Source of the DNA: an uncultured delta proteobacterium
Lineage (GTDB): Bacteria > Desulfobacterota > Binatia > Binatales > Binataceae
DNA length: 64,000 nucleotides
Assembly: GCA_963814715.1 (NCBI GenBank)
Contig: CAWFDW010000002.1
Span: forward strand, 65,800-129,799
Direction of reading: 5' to 3'
In this document: piece after piece, positions 1 to 11,646 of the stretch
How the letters are laid out: every line of letters begins with the position of its first letter
Numbering within the stretch: position 1 is the stretch's first letter
The notes under the pieces: generated by a model
The model's database searches: none
What the model was told of the DNA's origin: nothing
The model's input: the letters and a program-made list of their open reading frames with translations, nothing else
Translations under genes and position numbers: made by a program

Positions 1-855
1 GGATCGGTCGGCCAATCGTCGCGGACATCAATCGATGAAGGCGTGCGCTGGAAGACGTATAGCTCTTTGGCCGCCGCACCCAGACCGGGAATCGCCTGCA
101 CCGCGGTCGCTCCCGTGCCAATGATACCTACGACTTTGCCGTCGAGACCCGAGAGATCGGGCTTGGTGTAGCCATAGTCCCATCGCGAGGTGTGAAAGGA
201 ATGTCCCTTGAACGTTTCGAGACCTTTGATCTTCGCGAGCTTCGGCTTGGAGAGAGTGCCGTTGGCGCAGATGACGAATCGCGCCTTCATATGATCGCCG
301 CGGTCGGTCGTGAGGTTCCACATCTGCTCGACGGGATCCCACTCAGTCGAGGTAACAGTGGTTTGAAAGGTTGCCAGCTCGTACAGGTTGTACTTTCTCG
401 CGATCGCCTGGCAGTGCGCGAAAATCTCGGGACCCTTGGCGTAGTGGTCCTTCGGCACGTAGTCCATCTCGTCGAGCAGCGGCAGGTAGTCATACGCGAC
501 GACGTCGCATGCCACACCGGGGTATCGATTCCAGTACCAGGTGCCGCCGACATCCGCGCCGCGCTCGACGATCCGAATGCTCTCGACGCCGTGCTCGCGC
601 AGTCGCGCGGAGGTCAGCAGCGCCGAGAATCCTCCGCCGATAAACAGAACTTCGACGGTATCGTTGATTGGTTCGCGCGGCGTGACTTCGCCGGCGTACG
701 GATCGACTTCGTATCGCGACAGCTCGCCCGACAAGTCGGACGTGTATTGCGCGGTGCCTTCGGGACGGTAGCTCAGCCGTGAGGTCGCGTTCCTCGGCAA
801 ATTTCCGCTTGACGCTATCGTAGAACTCTTGCGGCCGCGTTGGCTTCGCGACCAT
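1..855 (-). CDS. Baeyer-Villiger-type flavin monooxygenase (C-terminal part lies beyond window start; frame break near 785)
   Basis: Own minus-strand translation of 1-780 gives VEVLFIGGGFSALL (FAD GxGxxG), GGTWYWNRYPG, FKGHSFHTSRW (BVMO FxGxxxHxxxW fingerprint) and GIIGTGATAVQ. The N-terminus MVAKPTRPQEFYDSVKRKFAEERDL is in the 490..1113 ORF frame, starting at ATG 855. Confidence 0.85.
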
Positions 856-926
856 CCCGATGGGCTTTTCTATCGTCTCGAAGGCATGAGGTTTCTCTCC
901 GTGCGGCAGGTGTCCGCATTTACTCT

Positions 927-1877
927 CTACAACGAGAAGCGCTCGTTGACCATCTCTTCGCTCTTTTTCCACAGGTCGTTCGCATGCGCGAGATTGAGAG
1001 CGTACGAGCGGACGCCGACGCGCGAGTTCGTGATCGTCATTCACTTCGCATACGTGGCAGTCTTCGCAATAGTGCCGCCGACCGCATCGGCCGCCCCGAC
1101 GAAACCGCTCCACACCGAAGTCGCCGAGCCTTGCGGCACGTCTTGAAGCGAAACGCTTGCCCCTGACTGCTTGGCAGCTTTGCTGATTCGCGCCATCATC
1201 TGCTCGACGAGTTCCGGCGTCATATGGCGCCCGAGCTCGGTCTGGATTCCGCCCGGATGGATCGAGGTCGCGCGCACCCCGCGTCCCTTGAGCCGGCTGT
1301 CGAGCGCGACCGCATACAAAATATTCGCGGTCTTCGATCGGCCGTACGCGGTGAACGCCTGGTAAGGAGTGCGCTCGAAATTCGGATCTTCAATGTCGAC
1401 ATCGCTTATCTGATGACCCGCCGACGAGAGCGTTACGACTCGCGCGCCCGACTTCAAAAGCGGCACGAGCCGATTGACGAACACGAAGTGCCCGAGATGA
1501 TTGGTGCCGAATTGCGTTTCGAAGCCGTCCTGCGTCTTGCCCTGCGGACACGCCATCACGCCGGCGTTCGCGATGATCACGTCGAAGGGTTTGGCGCGCT
1601 TGAGTAATTCGTCCGCCGCCTTGCGCACGCTGGCGAGCGACGCGAGATCCATTTCGACAAGATCCACCGCCGGATTGCCTGCTTGCGCGAGCGCGCTCCG
1701 CGCCTTCGACAGATCGCGCGCCGTGCCGACGACGGTGCCGCCATGCGCGACAATCGAGCGCGCAGTCTCGACCCCCAGGCCGGCCGAGACGCCGGTCACC
1801 AGTACCCGCTTGCCCGAAAGATTTACGCCCTCGAGGACCTCGTCAGCCGTCGATTCCGCTCCAAAAGTTTTTGCCAT
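927..1877 (-). CDS. Short-chain dehydrogenase/reductase (SDR) family oxidoreductase; the ORF-track stop at 1041 is probably caused by an out-of-frame patch
   Basis: ORF 1041..2324 read from internal ATG 1877 gives MAKTFGAE, TGVSAGLG (TGxxxGxG), NAG and YGRSK (YxxxK). The family-typical GG-YCEDCHVCEV continues in the 490..1113 frame. GVRSYALNLAHANDLWKKSEEMVNERFSL-stop (927) is back in the first frame. Confidence 0.85.
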
Positions 1878-1921
1878 TGTGCTTCTCCAATCGCAACGTT
1901 TAGCGCGTCGTCTCGACGCTC

Positions 1922-3573
1922 TCAAACGGATTTGCCCTTGCGCGATTCTTCCTGTTTGCGCAATTCGACGCGGCGGATTTTTCCGCTGACTGTTTTCGGC
2001 AGCTCGTCGATGAATTCTATCTCGCGCGGATATTTGTACGGCGCGGTGATTCGCTTGCAGTGTTCCTGCAGTTCGGTCACGAGCCGGCTGCTGCGTTCGA
2101 CGCCGGCGCGCAGTTTCACGAACGCCTTGACGATCGATCCGCGATCGGCGTCGGGGCTCGCGACCACTGCGGATTCCATTACCGCGGGATGTTCGAGCAG
2201 CGCGCTCTCCACTTCGAACGGGCCGATTCGGTAGCCCGCCGAAATGATCACGTCGTCGGCGCGTCCGACGAACCACAGGTAGCCGTCGACGTCGCGCATG
2301 GCCTGGTCGCCGGTCAGGTACCAATCGCCTTTAAACACGCTCGGCGGTCTCTTCGGCGTTTTTCCAATATTCGAGAAACAGCGACGGCGGCCGCTCCGGA
2401 GTCACGCGCACTGCTATTTCGCCGAGCTCGTCGGTCTTCGTCTCAGCTAGATCGTTGTTGATCACGCGGACGTCGTGGCCGGGAAATGGAAGTCCCATCG
2501 ATCCCGGCTTCACGGCAATCCCGGGCATGTTCGCCGCGAGGATCGTCGTCTCGGTTTGCCCGTAGCCGTCGTGAATCGTGAGCCCGAGCTTTTCGCGCCA
2601 TACTTCGATCACTTCGGGATTCAGCGGCTCGCCCGCGCCGGTGCAATGTCTCAGTTTCGGAAATTCGTAACCCGTCGAGATCTTCCTTGATGATCATCCG
2701 ATACTCAGTCGGCGGCGCGCAGAAAGTAGTGATGCCGTAACGGCGGAGCAGCTCGAGTTCCTTCGTCACGTCGAAGCGGCCGTTGTACATGAACGTCGTC
2801 ACCCCGTTCATCCACGGCCCGAACAGCACGCCGTACGCAGCCTTCGCCCATCCGGTGTCCGAGGTCGTCCAATGGACGTCGCCCGGGCTTGAGGTCGAGC
2901 CAGTTGAGTCCGGTGAATTTGTGGCTGTAGGTATAGCCGTGACTATGCAGGACCGCCTTCGGCTCGCGGGTCGTGCCGGAAGTGTAGTAGCAAATCGCCG
3001 GCTCCGACGATTTGGTATTCGCGGGCTTGAACACCGTCGACGAGTGCCCCATGTATTCCTGCAAGACTGATCCATCCGGTGCGCGCGGCGCCCGCAATCA
3101 TGTAATGCTCGAGCGCTCGGGCATTGCTTGCGCAGGTCGGCGACCATCGTGGCGTTCTCGACCGTCGCGATGATCGCGCGCGCGCCGGAATGATTCGCGC
3201 GATAGATCAAGTCCTTCTCCCGCAGCATCGAGGTGCACGGGATGACGATCGCGCCGAGCCGTCAGCGCGCCGATATACGCGGCCTGCCACAGCGTGATTC
3301 GCGGCAGCACCAGCATGACCGCGTCGCCGCGCTTGATTCCATGACCGGCAAGAACGTTCGCGATTCGCTTGGACTGCGCCGCGATGTCCGCGAAGGTCAG
3401 CCGCGCGCGGCGGCCCTCGCTATCTTCCCACAGTATCGCGACACGGTGCGGATCTTCGGCGAATTTGTCGATCACCTCGGCGAAGTTGAAATGCTCCGGC
3501 GTCTCCCATCGGAAGTCGCGATACGCGCGCCGATAATTCTCGATCGCGTCCGGATCTTACTACCATCGCTCAT
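1922..3573 (-). CDS. AMP-forming acyl-CoA synthetase (medium-chain type), at least 6 frame breaks as assembled
   Basis: The pieces lie in three minus frames. They are 3098..3475 ([26 protein letters not shown]), 2705..3097 ([11 protein letters not shown]), 2443..3228 ([21 protein letters not shown]), 2331..2612 ([10 protein letters not shown]) and 1922..2338 (WYLTGD, SGKIRR). ATG 3573 overlaps the upstream gene's stop. Confidence 0.85.
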
Positions 3574-5268
3574 GCGCGCGAATTCCCGCGCGGCGCGACG
3601 CTCGAGCAGGCGCTTGCGATCGTTTCGCCGCCGCCCTGATGTACTTCACCGTCACCGGCGACAAGTCGTCGCGTTCGACACGCACGTCGATTATCGCGAA
3701 CGACTTGCAGTCATGCGCCGCGCGCAGTGCGTCGCGCAATTGCTCGACGGTGGTCGCCTCGAATCCTTCGCCGCCCCAATCGCGCGCGAGTTGCGCATAC
3801 GGCCACGGCGGAATCTCGAGCAGTTCGCGCCGCTCGGCAATCGGCCGGAAGATGCCCCATCCGCCGTTGTTGATCAGCACCACGATCGGATTGACGCCCT
3901 TGGCCGGCGCCTGCGAAATCTCAGGCCCCGTCATCTGGAAGCCGCCGTCGCCGCACATCACCAGCGGACGCAGCACCGGTGCCGATTTGCGCGCCGAGCG
4001 CAGCCGGCACCGCAAATCCCATCGACGCATAGAATCCCTGCGCGAGATAAGCGTTGTTATGCGGCACCCGGATGTCGAGCCCGCCGAACAGCATGTCGCC
4101 CGACTCGGTGACCACTATGTAGTCGCGCTTGTCGGCCAGGAATTCGTTGACCGTCGCAAGAATCTGCGCAACCTTCACCGGCTTGCCGTTGCGCGCCGCA
4201 ATCTCGCGAAGATTGTCCGCGTAGATGAACCTTCTCATGATGCTGTCGCAGCTTCTCGCGCAGCAGCGCACGCGCGAAATCGCGGACGCCGACGTCGGTG
4301 TAGGTGTGATATTTCACCTCGACCTTGCGATCGACCGCCCACACCGTCTTTTCCTGAATCACGTGCGGCGGACGGTTGCCGAAGTTCATGTCGGTCCTGA
4401 GACATCCAAGGTTGAGCACGAAGTCGGCGTCGTCCATCCGCGCGACGATCGACGGCGGACTGATCGCGCCGACGTGAACGCCCATGTACAGCGGATGGTC
4501 CATCGGGAACGCGCCCTTGCCGAGCACGGTGGTGAACACCGGCGCGCCCATCTTCTCGGCGAGATCGACGAGATGATGCGACGCCTTGAAGCGGTGAATC
4601 TCGATGCCGGCGATGAGCACCGGCTTGCGAGCCTCGTTGAACATCGCGGCGGTCTCGTGCGCCGCTTCCTCGACTTTGCGCGCGTCGGATTCCTGGAAGT
4701 GCAGGCGCCCGTCCCATTCGATGAGCTCTTCGGGAACTTCGATTTGCCGATCGACCATGTCGCGATGAATCTCGACGTAACCGGGCCGCTGCTCGGCCCA
4801 GATGCGCTTCACGACGCGATGCAATTCGTCGGCAGCGGTGCTCGGATCGGTGAGCACGGCAGACGCGCAAGTGACTTCATCATAGATGCGCCGCTGCGAT
4901 TCGATCTCGCGCGCCTGGTGATGAATCAGAGTGCCGAGCTTGCGTTCCTCTTCGCCGGGACCGCCTGAAAAAATCAGAATCGGCACGCGTTCCGAAAACG
5001 ATCCCGCGACCGGATTGACCATGTTGTGACCGCCGGCGCCGTAGGTGACACAGATGACGCCGATTTTGCCGGTCGCGCGCGCATAACCGTCGGCCGCGAA
5101 GCCGACCCCCGGCTCATGCGACAGCGTGATGATCTCCATCCCGTGCTTGCGGCCCAGCGCAAAAAACAGCTTGAGCGCGAGGTCCCCGGGGATGCCGAAA
5201 ACGTGCGACACGCCAATCTTGCGCAGGTAGGCGACCAGAAAATCGCCCAGCGCCATGTGCCTCTTCAC
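3560..5268 (-). CDS. Thiamine-diphosphate-dependent 2-keto-acid decarboxylase family protein (indolepyruvate/phenylpyruvate decarboxylase-like), 2 frame breaks
   Basis: ORFs 4057..5268, 3921..4271 and 3560..4030 join into one protein. It has an N-terminal Pyr domain (GIPGDLALKLF, TYGAGGHN) and a C-terminal TPP motif GDGGFQM...NNGGWG. A GAGGAGG RBS lies upstream of GTG 5268; ATG 5256 is an alternative start. Confidence 0.8.
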
Positions 5269-5457
5269 TCCGCTTCGCCCTCCTCGGTCTGCGCTAATTG
5301 TAACAAAAACGCTCCCGGCGAGCGCTGGGCTTAATTTGTACTTCGAGGTGCGAAGTCAGATCGAAAGGGTCGTCACCGCGATGAAATTGTGCGAGAACAT
5401 GGATGATTTTCGCGCGAGGTTTGCGCGAGGATTCATACGGCTCTGGGGAGGGCGCCA

Positions 5458-6501
5458 ATGTTTGTTCGCAACGCGTGGTACATAGCGGCATGGGCTGACG
5501 AAGTCGTCGAGCGACCGCTTGGCCGGCGGATTCTTGGCGAGCCGGTGGTCCTGTTCAGGGATTCCGCGGGAGCGATCGCCGTGCTCCAGGACCGCTGTTG
5601 CCATCGCGGCGCGCCACTTTCGTTGGGCGATGTCGTTCCACGCGGAATCCAGTGCGGGTATCACGGCCTCGTCTTCGACTCCGCGGGACAGTGCGTGCTG
5701 GTGCCGGGAGATCACAAGGTGCCGCCCGGTGCGCGGGTCCGAGCTTATCCGGCGGTCGAACAAGACGCGTTCGTTTGGGTATGGATGGGCGATCCCGAGA
5801 AGGCGGATCGATCACTGCTGACCCGTTACCCTTACCACAACGATTCGCGCAATTGGCCGCATCAGCATATGACTTTGCATTTGCGCAGTGGCTACTTGCT
5901 GGTGTTGGACAACCTGATGGATCTTTCGCACCTGGGCTACGTGCACAAAGGCACCGTCGGCGGTGACGCCACAACTCACGTCGAAGCAAAAATGCGCACG
6001 CTGCGCACGCCCAACGGAGTAAGATTCGAGCGCTGGATGCTCGACTCGGTGCCGCCGCCGACTTACGTCAAGGCCGCCGGTTTCAAAGGAAAAGTGGATC
6101 GATGGCAGGAGATTGAATTTGTCGCTCCCAACGCGGTGATCCAATGGAACGGCGCGATTGACGCGGGGACAGGGGTGTTACGCGATTGGAAGTACGACAC
6201 CGCGCGTGAGGATTGCTTCTCAATGAGGCTATTCCACGGCATAACCCCTGAGACCGAGAACAGCACCCATTATTTCTGGTCCTCCGCAAATGGCTACAAC
6301 CAGAATGACCCGAGTGCGACGCGGCAGTTATTCGAAGAAATTGCCAGGACCTTCGAGCAGGACAAAGCGGTGCTCGAAGCCCAGCAACAGCGTCTGCTGG
6401 AGCTTCCCGACAGCCCGCTGGTCGAGATCCATGGAGATGCGGCGCGGATTCACGCCCGTCGCGCGATCGATCGGCTGATCGCGAACGAGTTGGCGCGATG
6501 A
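5458..6501 (+). CDS. Rieske [2Fe-2S] aromatic-ring oxygenase, alpha subunit (VanA/phthalate-family-like)
   Basis: Intact 347-aa ORF with the Rieske motif CCHRGAPLS...CGYHG (CxH-X17-CxxH). It is divergent from the TPP gene. Confidence 0.88.
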   Translation: MFVRNAWYIAAWADEVVERPLGRRILGEPVVLFRDSAGAIAVLQDRCCHRGAPLSLGDVVPRGIQCGYHGLVFDSAGQCVLVPGDHKVPPGARVRAYPAVEQDAFVWVWMGDPEKADRSLLTRYPYHNDSRNWPHQHMTLHLRSGYLLVLDNLMDLSHLGYVHKGTVGGDATTHVEAKMRTLRTPNGVRFERWMLDSVPPPTYVKAAGFKGKVDRWQEIEFVAPNAVIQWNGAIDAGTGVLRDWKYDTAREDCFSMRLFHGITPETENSTHYFWSSANGYNQNDPSATRQLFEEIARTFEQDKAVLEAQQQRLLELPDSPLVEIHGDAARIHARRAIDRLIANELAR

Positions 6502-6811
6502 TGCACGAGCAGAGGGTGCCCGAGGATTAAACAGCCCCTCTCAAACCAGGAGAGTGATCGCAAGCCGCTAAACGATCGAAATTCAGCCTCTCAGCTCCGA
6601 CTGACGCCGGTACCCCTCACTGCCGAAGGACCCTTCGACGGCGCGCTGTGCTAGAGTATGATGCTCACGGGTCACACCATGTTCTCGAAGATACTTCGCA
6701 TGCAATTTCTCGGGCCGATGCAACTCAGCCGGCTCGTAATGTATCCTGCCGCAGTTCGTCCGCCTGTTCTATCGGCTGTGGACTGACGACCGCGTCCCGA
6801 GGCTCGCCAAG

Positions 6812-6994
6812 ATGGTGCCGTGGATGGGCGCGCTGCTGATGGTCACGCCGCCCGCCCTCGAGCTCGACATGATTCCAATCGTCGGCGAGCTCGACTGGCT
6901 CGTCATCGGCTATCTCTCGCTCAAAGTGTTCATCTGGCTCTGCCCGCCCGACGTGGTGCGGGAACACGTCATCCAAATCGGGCGTGGCGAATAG
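6812..6994 (+). CDS. Small membrane protein, DUF1232/YkvA-like (N-terminus probably further upstream in another frame, about 6676)
   Basis: LDMIPIVGELDWLVIGYLSLKVF resembles the DUF1232 core (D-hIP-x-IP-x-x-G-x-x-D). In-frame upstream text ILPQFVRLFYRLWTDDRVPRLAK has no start codon, which suggests a frame break. Confidence 0.45.
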   Translation: MVPWMGALLMVTPPALELDMIPIVGELDWLVIGYLSLKVFIWLCPPDVVREHVIQIGRGE

Positions 6995-7006
6995 CACCAA
7001 ACGCTG

Positions 7007-9771
7007 ATGCGGCCCCGCAATATCCTGATCGCCGTCGCGGCGGTCGTTATCGTCGCGCTGCTGGCGCTGAGCTTCTTCGATCAGCTGCTGGTCGATTACC
7101 TGTGGTACGGCAGGCTCGGCTTCGGCGGCGTTTTCAACACGACCGTCGGCGCGGAGATCGCGATCTTTCTCATCGTGTGGCTGGTCGCGTTCGTCGCGAT
7201 CTTCGTGAGCGGGCTGATCGCGATTGGCGGTAGCCGCAATCACGAGCGGCTGCGCGTCGTGCGCCGCCCCGACGAGATGGTCGAGGTCAATCTGCCCGAG
7301 CTGATTCGCGCGCTCGGCGAACGCGTGCCGTGGCGCGTGATCGTCGCGGGCGGCGCGGCCGTGCTCGCGCTGTTCGCCGCGCAAGGCGAGGCTGCGAGCT
7401 GGGACACTTATCTCAAGGGTCTCTACGGCGTGCCGTTCGGAGTCGTCGAGCAGGCGTTCGGCAACGACATCGGCTTTTACATCTTCACCGTGCCGCTGCT
7501 CGAGGAAATGCGCGACCTGTTCCTGATGCTGATCGTGCTGTCGGCCGGGATGGCGATCGCGGTCTATTGGGCGCGCGGTGCGCTCGACTTCAAGGAATCG
7601 CCGCCGCGCGTATCGCCGGGCGCCGCCGCGACATCTGTCGGTGCTGCTCGGACTGTTCTTCGTCCAGCGCGCGATGAGCTACTGGCTCGGCCGCTTCGAC
7701 CTGCTGCTGCATACCGACGGCGTCGTCTTCGGACTGCGCTACGTCGATCGAATCCTGTGGCAGCCGGGACTCTGGCTGCTCGTCGTGCTGTCGCTCGCCG
7801 CCGCCGTGATGTGCATTTACAACGCGCGCGAGGGCGGCCTGCGGATTCCGGTCGCCGCGTTCGTAATCGTGTTCGGTCCCGCGCTCATCATGAATTTTAT
7901 CCAGCCGGTCATCGAGCGCCTGTGGGTCAAGCCCGACGAGCTGCGGGTCGAGAAACCGTACCTCGAGCGCAATATCGCGGCGACGCGGCATGCGTACAAG
8001 CTCGACACGGTTGACGTGAAACCGTTCGCGGGGCAGGGCACACTCACGCCCGCCGCGCTCGCAGCAGGATGAGGCGACGGTCAAGAACATCCGGCTGTGG
8101 GACCCGCGCCCGCTGATCGACACCTACCGCCAGTTGCAGGAAATCCGCACCTACTACGATTTTCGCGACGTCGATATCGATCGCTACTGGATCGAGGGCA
8201 AGTACACCGAGGTGATGCTCTCGCCGCGCGAGATGAATATCGAGCAGCTGCCCGATACCGCGCAGACCTGGGTCAATCAGCATCTCAAGTTCACCCACGG
8301 CGCGGGGCTCGCGATGAGCCCGGTCAACAAGAAGGACACCGAGGGCCTGCCGGTCTTCTACGTAAAGGATATCCCGGCGGTATCGGACGTGGGACTGAAG
8401 GTCGACCCAGCCGGCGATCTATTTTGGCGAGGCGCGCGACAACTACGCCGTCGTCAATTCGGCGACGCCCGAGTTCGACTATCCCAAGGGCGCGGACAAC
8501 GTCTTTTCGTATTACGCGGGATCGGGCGGCGTGCCGGTCGCGGGATTTTTTCGCCGCCTCCTGTTCAGCATCTTCTTCCGCGACATCAACTTGCTCGTCA
8601 CCGAGAATATCGTCGACAAGAGCAAGATCATGATCCGTCGCAACATCAAGGACCGCATCGCGTACATCGCGCCGTTCCTGAATCTCGATCGCGATCCTTA
8701 CGCAGTGGTGCTCAACGGCCGCATGGTCTGGATCGTCGACTGCTACACGACCAGCGACCATTACCCGTACTCGCAGCGCAACGCCGACGGCATCAACTAC
8801 ATCCGCAATTCGGTCAAGGTGGTCGTCGATGCGTACACTGGCGACACCGACTTTTACGTTTCGGATCCCGACGACCCGATTATCAAAACGTGGGCAGCGC
8901 GTTTTCCCCGCGATGTTCAAGCCGATGTCCGCGATGCCGCCGGATCTGCGCGCGCACATCCGCTATCCCGGAAGATTTTTTTCTGGTCCAGGCCGACACT
9001 TATCGCACCTATCACATGACCGATCCGCAGGTCTTCTATAATCGCGAAGACCTGTGGGGATTTCCGCGCGAAAACTACGCCGGCCAGACGGTTCCGATGC
9101 AGCCCTACTACGTGATCATGCGGCTGCCGGGCGAGGCGAAGGCGGAATACATGCTGATGCTCCCGATGACGCCGTCGGGCCGCGACAACATGATCTCGTG
9201 GATGGCCGCGCGCTGTGACGGCTCGGACTACGGTCATCTGTTCGAGTATTCATTCTCGAAGGACCGGCTTTTCTACGGCCCATATCAGATCCAGGCGCGC
9301 ATCAATCAGAATCCGGAAATCTCGCGCCAGCTTTCGCTGTGGAACCAGATGGGCTCGAAGGTCCTGCTCGGCAACCTGCTCGTGATTCCGATCCAGGACT
9401 CGCTGCTCTACGTCGAGCCGCTGTTCATCCGCGCCGAGAACGGCCAGTTGCCGGAGTTGCAGCGGGTGGTCGCGTCCTACAGCGACCGCGTAGTGATGGC
9501 CGATACGCTCGACCTTACGATGACGGCGCTCTTCCAGAACGCAGCCCCGCCAGCGCCAACGATCGCCAAGGCAATCTCGATCGAATCGGCTCCGCAATCG
9601 ATCGCGCAAAGCGGCAACGCAGGTCCGGTAAAAGCCGACATGACCAGCGCCGCGCAACACTACAACCGCGCGATGGACGCAATCCGCGCCGGCGACTGGA
9701 CCAGTTTCGGCACCGAAATGAAAGCCCTGGGCGACGAACTCTCAAAGCCCTCAGATTCCGCACATCCCTGA
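7007..9771 (+). CDS. UPF0182 family large membrane protein, at least 4 frame breaks
   Basis: ORFs 7007..8014, 7578..8072, 8134..9771 and 8531..9019 concatenate. There is a multi-TM N-terminus (LLVDYLWYGRLGF, GFYIFTVPLLE). The conserved C-terminal part includes YYDFRDVDIDRY, KFTHGAGLAMSPVN, YIRNSVKVVVDAYTGD, FYNREDLW and LLYVEPLFIRAE. Confidence 0.8.
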
Positions 9772-9942
9772 CGACCGAATCGACGTTCAACTCCAATCAT
9801 CTCTGCGACGGGTTCTGGAACGTTATCTAGTGACCTGAATCTCCTGCCCGGGGGGCGTCCCTCCACTACAAATTGTTCTTTGCATTACGAGACGCGCACT
9901 ATCTGGTCGCGCGGTCCTTAGAGCAGCCAGCGTCCCTCTGTC

Positions 9943-11646
9943 ATGTTTAGCGGCAGAGGAATCTTGAGAAGCACCCTCACACAACGCAATCGACTCGCTG
10001 TTGTCGCGTCGCCGCCTGCCCCGCGGCCAGCATCGTTCACCGATCGAATCGCCGCGATTGCGGATCTCGGCGCCGCGACGCTGGCAGCCGACCGATGCGC
10101 TATCGCGTTTCAATCCAGCGCGGCGGGCGTCTGCGAAGTGGCGTACGCGCCGCGCGAAGATTCGCGATGGGACGCGGCCCTCAACGCGCTCCTCGACGCG
10201 CTTGCGAATCGGCTCAGCGACACTGTTGCGGCGGATGGACGCAAGCGGATACATGGCGTGCCGGCTCCGATCGAATCGATCGAAACGATCGCGCTTGGCA
10301 AGCATGAAATCGACGCAATCGCACGGGCCTCAAAAATCAGCGACCCGCATCAACTGATCGCCTCGGCGTTTACCGACGGCGTGAGCGCGGTGCGAATCGC
10401 TTTAGCCATGCGGGCGGATCGCGCTCGCAGTGAACTCGAGGCATCGCTCGGACTTATGGCCCGCGCCGTCTTCAACGAAATAGCGCTGAGCTCCGCGCGC
10501 GCGTCGCTCGAGTTCTGGCGCGTCCACGGCGCTGAAAGCGGCCGCCAGGCGGTCGGCGCGAAGCAGGATCTCGAGCAGACCCGCGCGGCGACGAATTACC
10601 TCGATGAGGCAGTTGCGGTTGCGCGCCGTGCGCAGCCGCTCGAGCGGTTCGTCCGCTTCGGACAACTCGTCGCCGGCGGCTCCGGTTTCGACCAATGGCT
10701 GGTGGCGGTCGCCGACAGCGGCTCGTTCATCGTGGCCGCATCGTCGTCCGGCCAGAATCAATTCGATTTGGGCGAGAACAGCGCGCTGGCGGAAAGCTTC
10801 CGTCGCCATATCGTGATTGCCCGCTGGCGCGATCGCGAAGCAGAGCCCGTCGATCGCGCGAGGAAATATTTCGAAGACAAAATGTTCGGCGGTCCTTACG
10901 TGTGTATTCCGTTCGAGGCCGGCGCTATTGCACTGTCCTCGCGCGATTCGCGCGCCTCCGCCGCCCGCGCCGAGGCCATCGTCGAACGGCTCGCTCCGTT
11001 CGCAACCAACTGGCTATTGGAGCGCGACGCGTCCCGGCGGAGCCGCCTGGTCCGTCAGCTTGCGCTCAGAATGTTCGCCGCGATCGACGAGGAGCGCGCC
11101 CGTATCGCGCGCGACCTGCACGACGATCAGGCGCAGTTGCTGGCCGCCGCGAAAATCGCGCTCGACGGCCCGCGCGATGCCGCGCGCTCGATCTTCAGGC
11201 AGGTCGAGCAGGAGCTACGCCGCAAGGTCCGCGAGCTTCGTCCGGCCACTCTTGGAAACGCCTCCCTCGACGAGGCAATCGAACGCGAGCTCGCACGTCT
11301 TGGCAGCGCTGGAGTGAAGGCGAAATTTGTTCATCTGACTCATGAGAGCGGCGTGGAAAAAATGTCCCGCCCGGCGCAACTACTATGCTTCCAGGTATTT
11401 CGCGAGGTGCTCTCGAACGTGATTCGCCATGCAGATGCAAAGTCCGTCCTGGTCACAGTCGAGAGCGGCGGCGGCTGCGTGCGCCTCTCGGTCATCGACA
11501 ACGGCCTCGGAATCGGAAACGACCAGGGCGAGGGCAGTGGCTTGACCGGGATGCGCGAGCGGCTTGAGTTGATGGGCGGGAACTTGCGGGTCGAATCGCG
11601 CGCCGGCCGAACAAACGTCGTCGCCGAAATCCCGGAATCCGCCTGA
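9943..11646 (+). CDS. Sensor histidine kinase, NarL-partner type (HisKA_3 + HATPase_c) with long cytoplasmic N-terminal sensor region
   Basis: Intact 567-aa ORF with H-box RARIARDLHDDQAQLL, N-box EVLSNVIRHA, G-boxes DNGLGI and GSGLTGMRERL. There is no obvious TM segment. Confidence 0.9.
   Translation: MFSGRGILRSTLTQRNRLAVVASPPAPRPASFTDRIAAIADLGAATLAADRCAIAFQSSAAGVCEVAYAPREDSRWDAALNALLDALANRLSDTVAADGRKRIHGVPAPIESIETIALGKHEIDAIARASKISDPHQLIASAFTDGVSAVRIALAMRADRARSELEASLGLMARAVFNEIALSSARASLEFWRVHGAESGRQAVGAKQDLEQTRAATNYLDEAVAVARRAQPLERFVRFGQLVAGGSGFDQWLVAVADSGSFIVAASSSGQNQFDLGENSALAESFRRHIVIARWRDREAEPVDRARKYFEDKMFGGPYVCIPFEAGAIALSSRDSRASAARAEAIVERLAPFATNWLLERDASRRSRLVRQLALRMFAAIDEERARIARDLHDDQAQLLAAAKIALDGPRDAARSIFRQVEQELRRKVRELRPATLGNASLDEAIERELARLGSAGVKAKFVHLTHESGVEKMSRPAQLLCFQVFREVLSNVIRHADAKSVLVTVESGGGCVRLSVIDNGLGIGNDQGEGSGLTGMRERLELMGGNLRVESRAGRTNVVAEIPESA

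Noticed and set aside
192-782. The + strand ORF 192..782 and other ORF-track entries across the BVMO region
   Set aside because: The minus strand in this interval encodes unmistakable BVMO motifs (GGTWYWNRYPG, FKGHSFHTSRW). The + strand ORF is its shadow.
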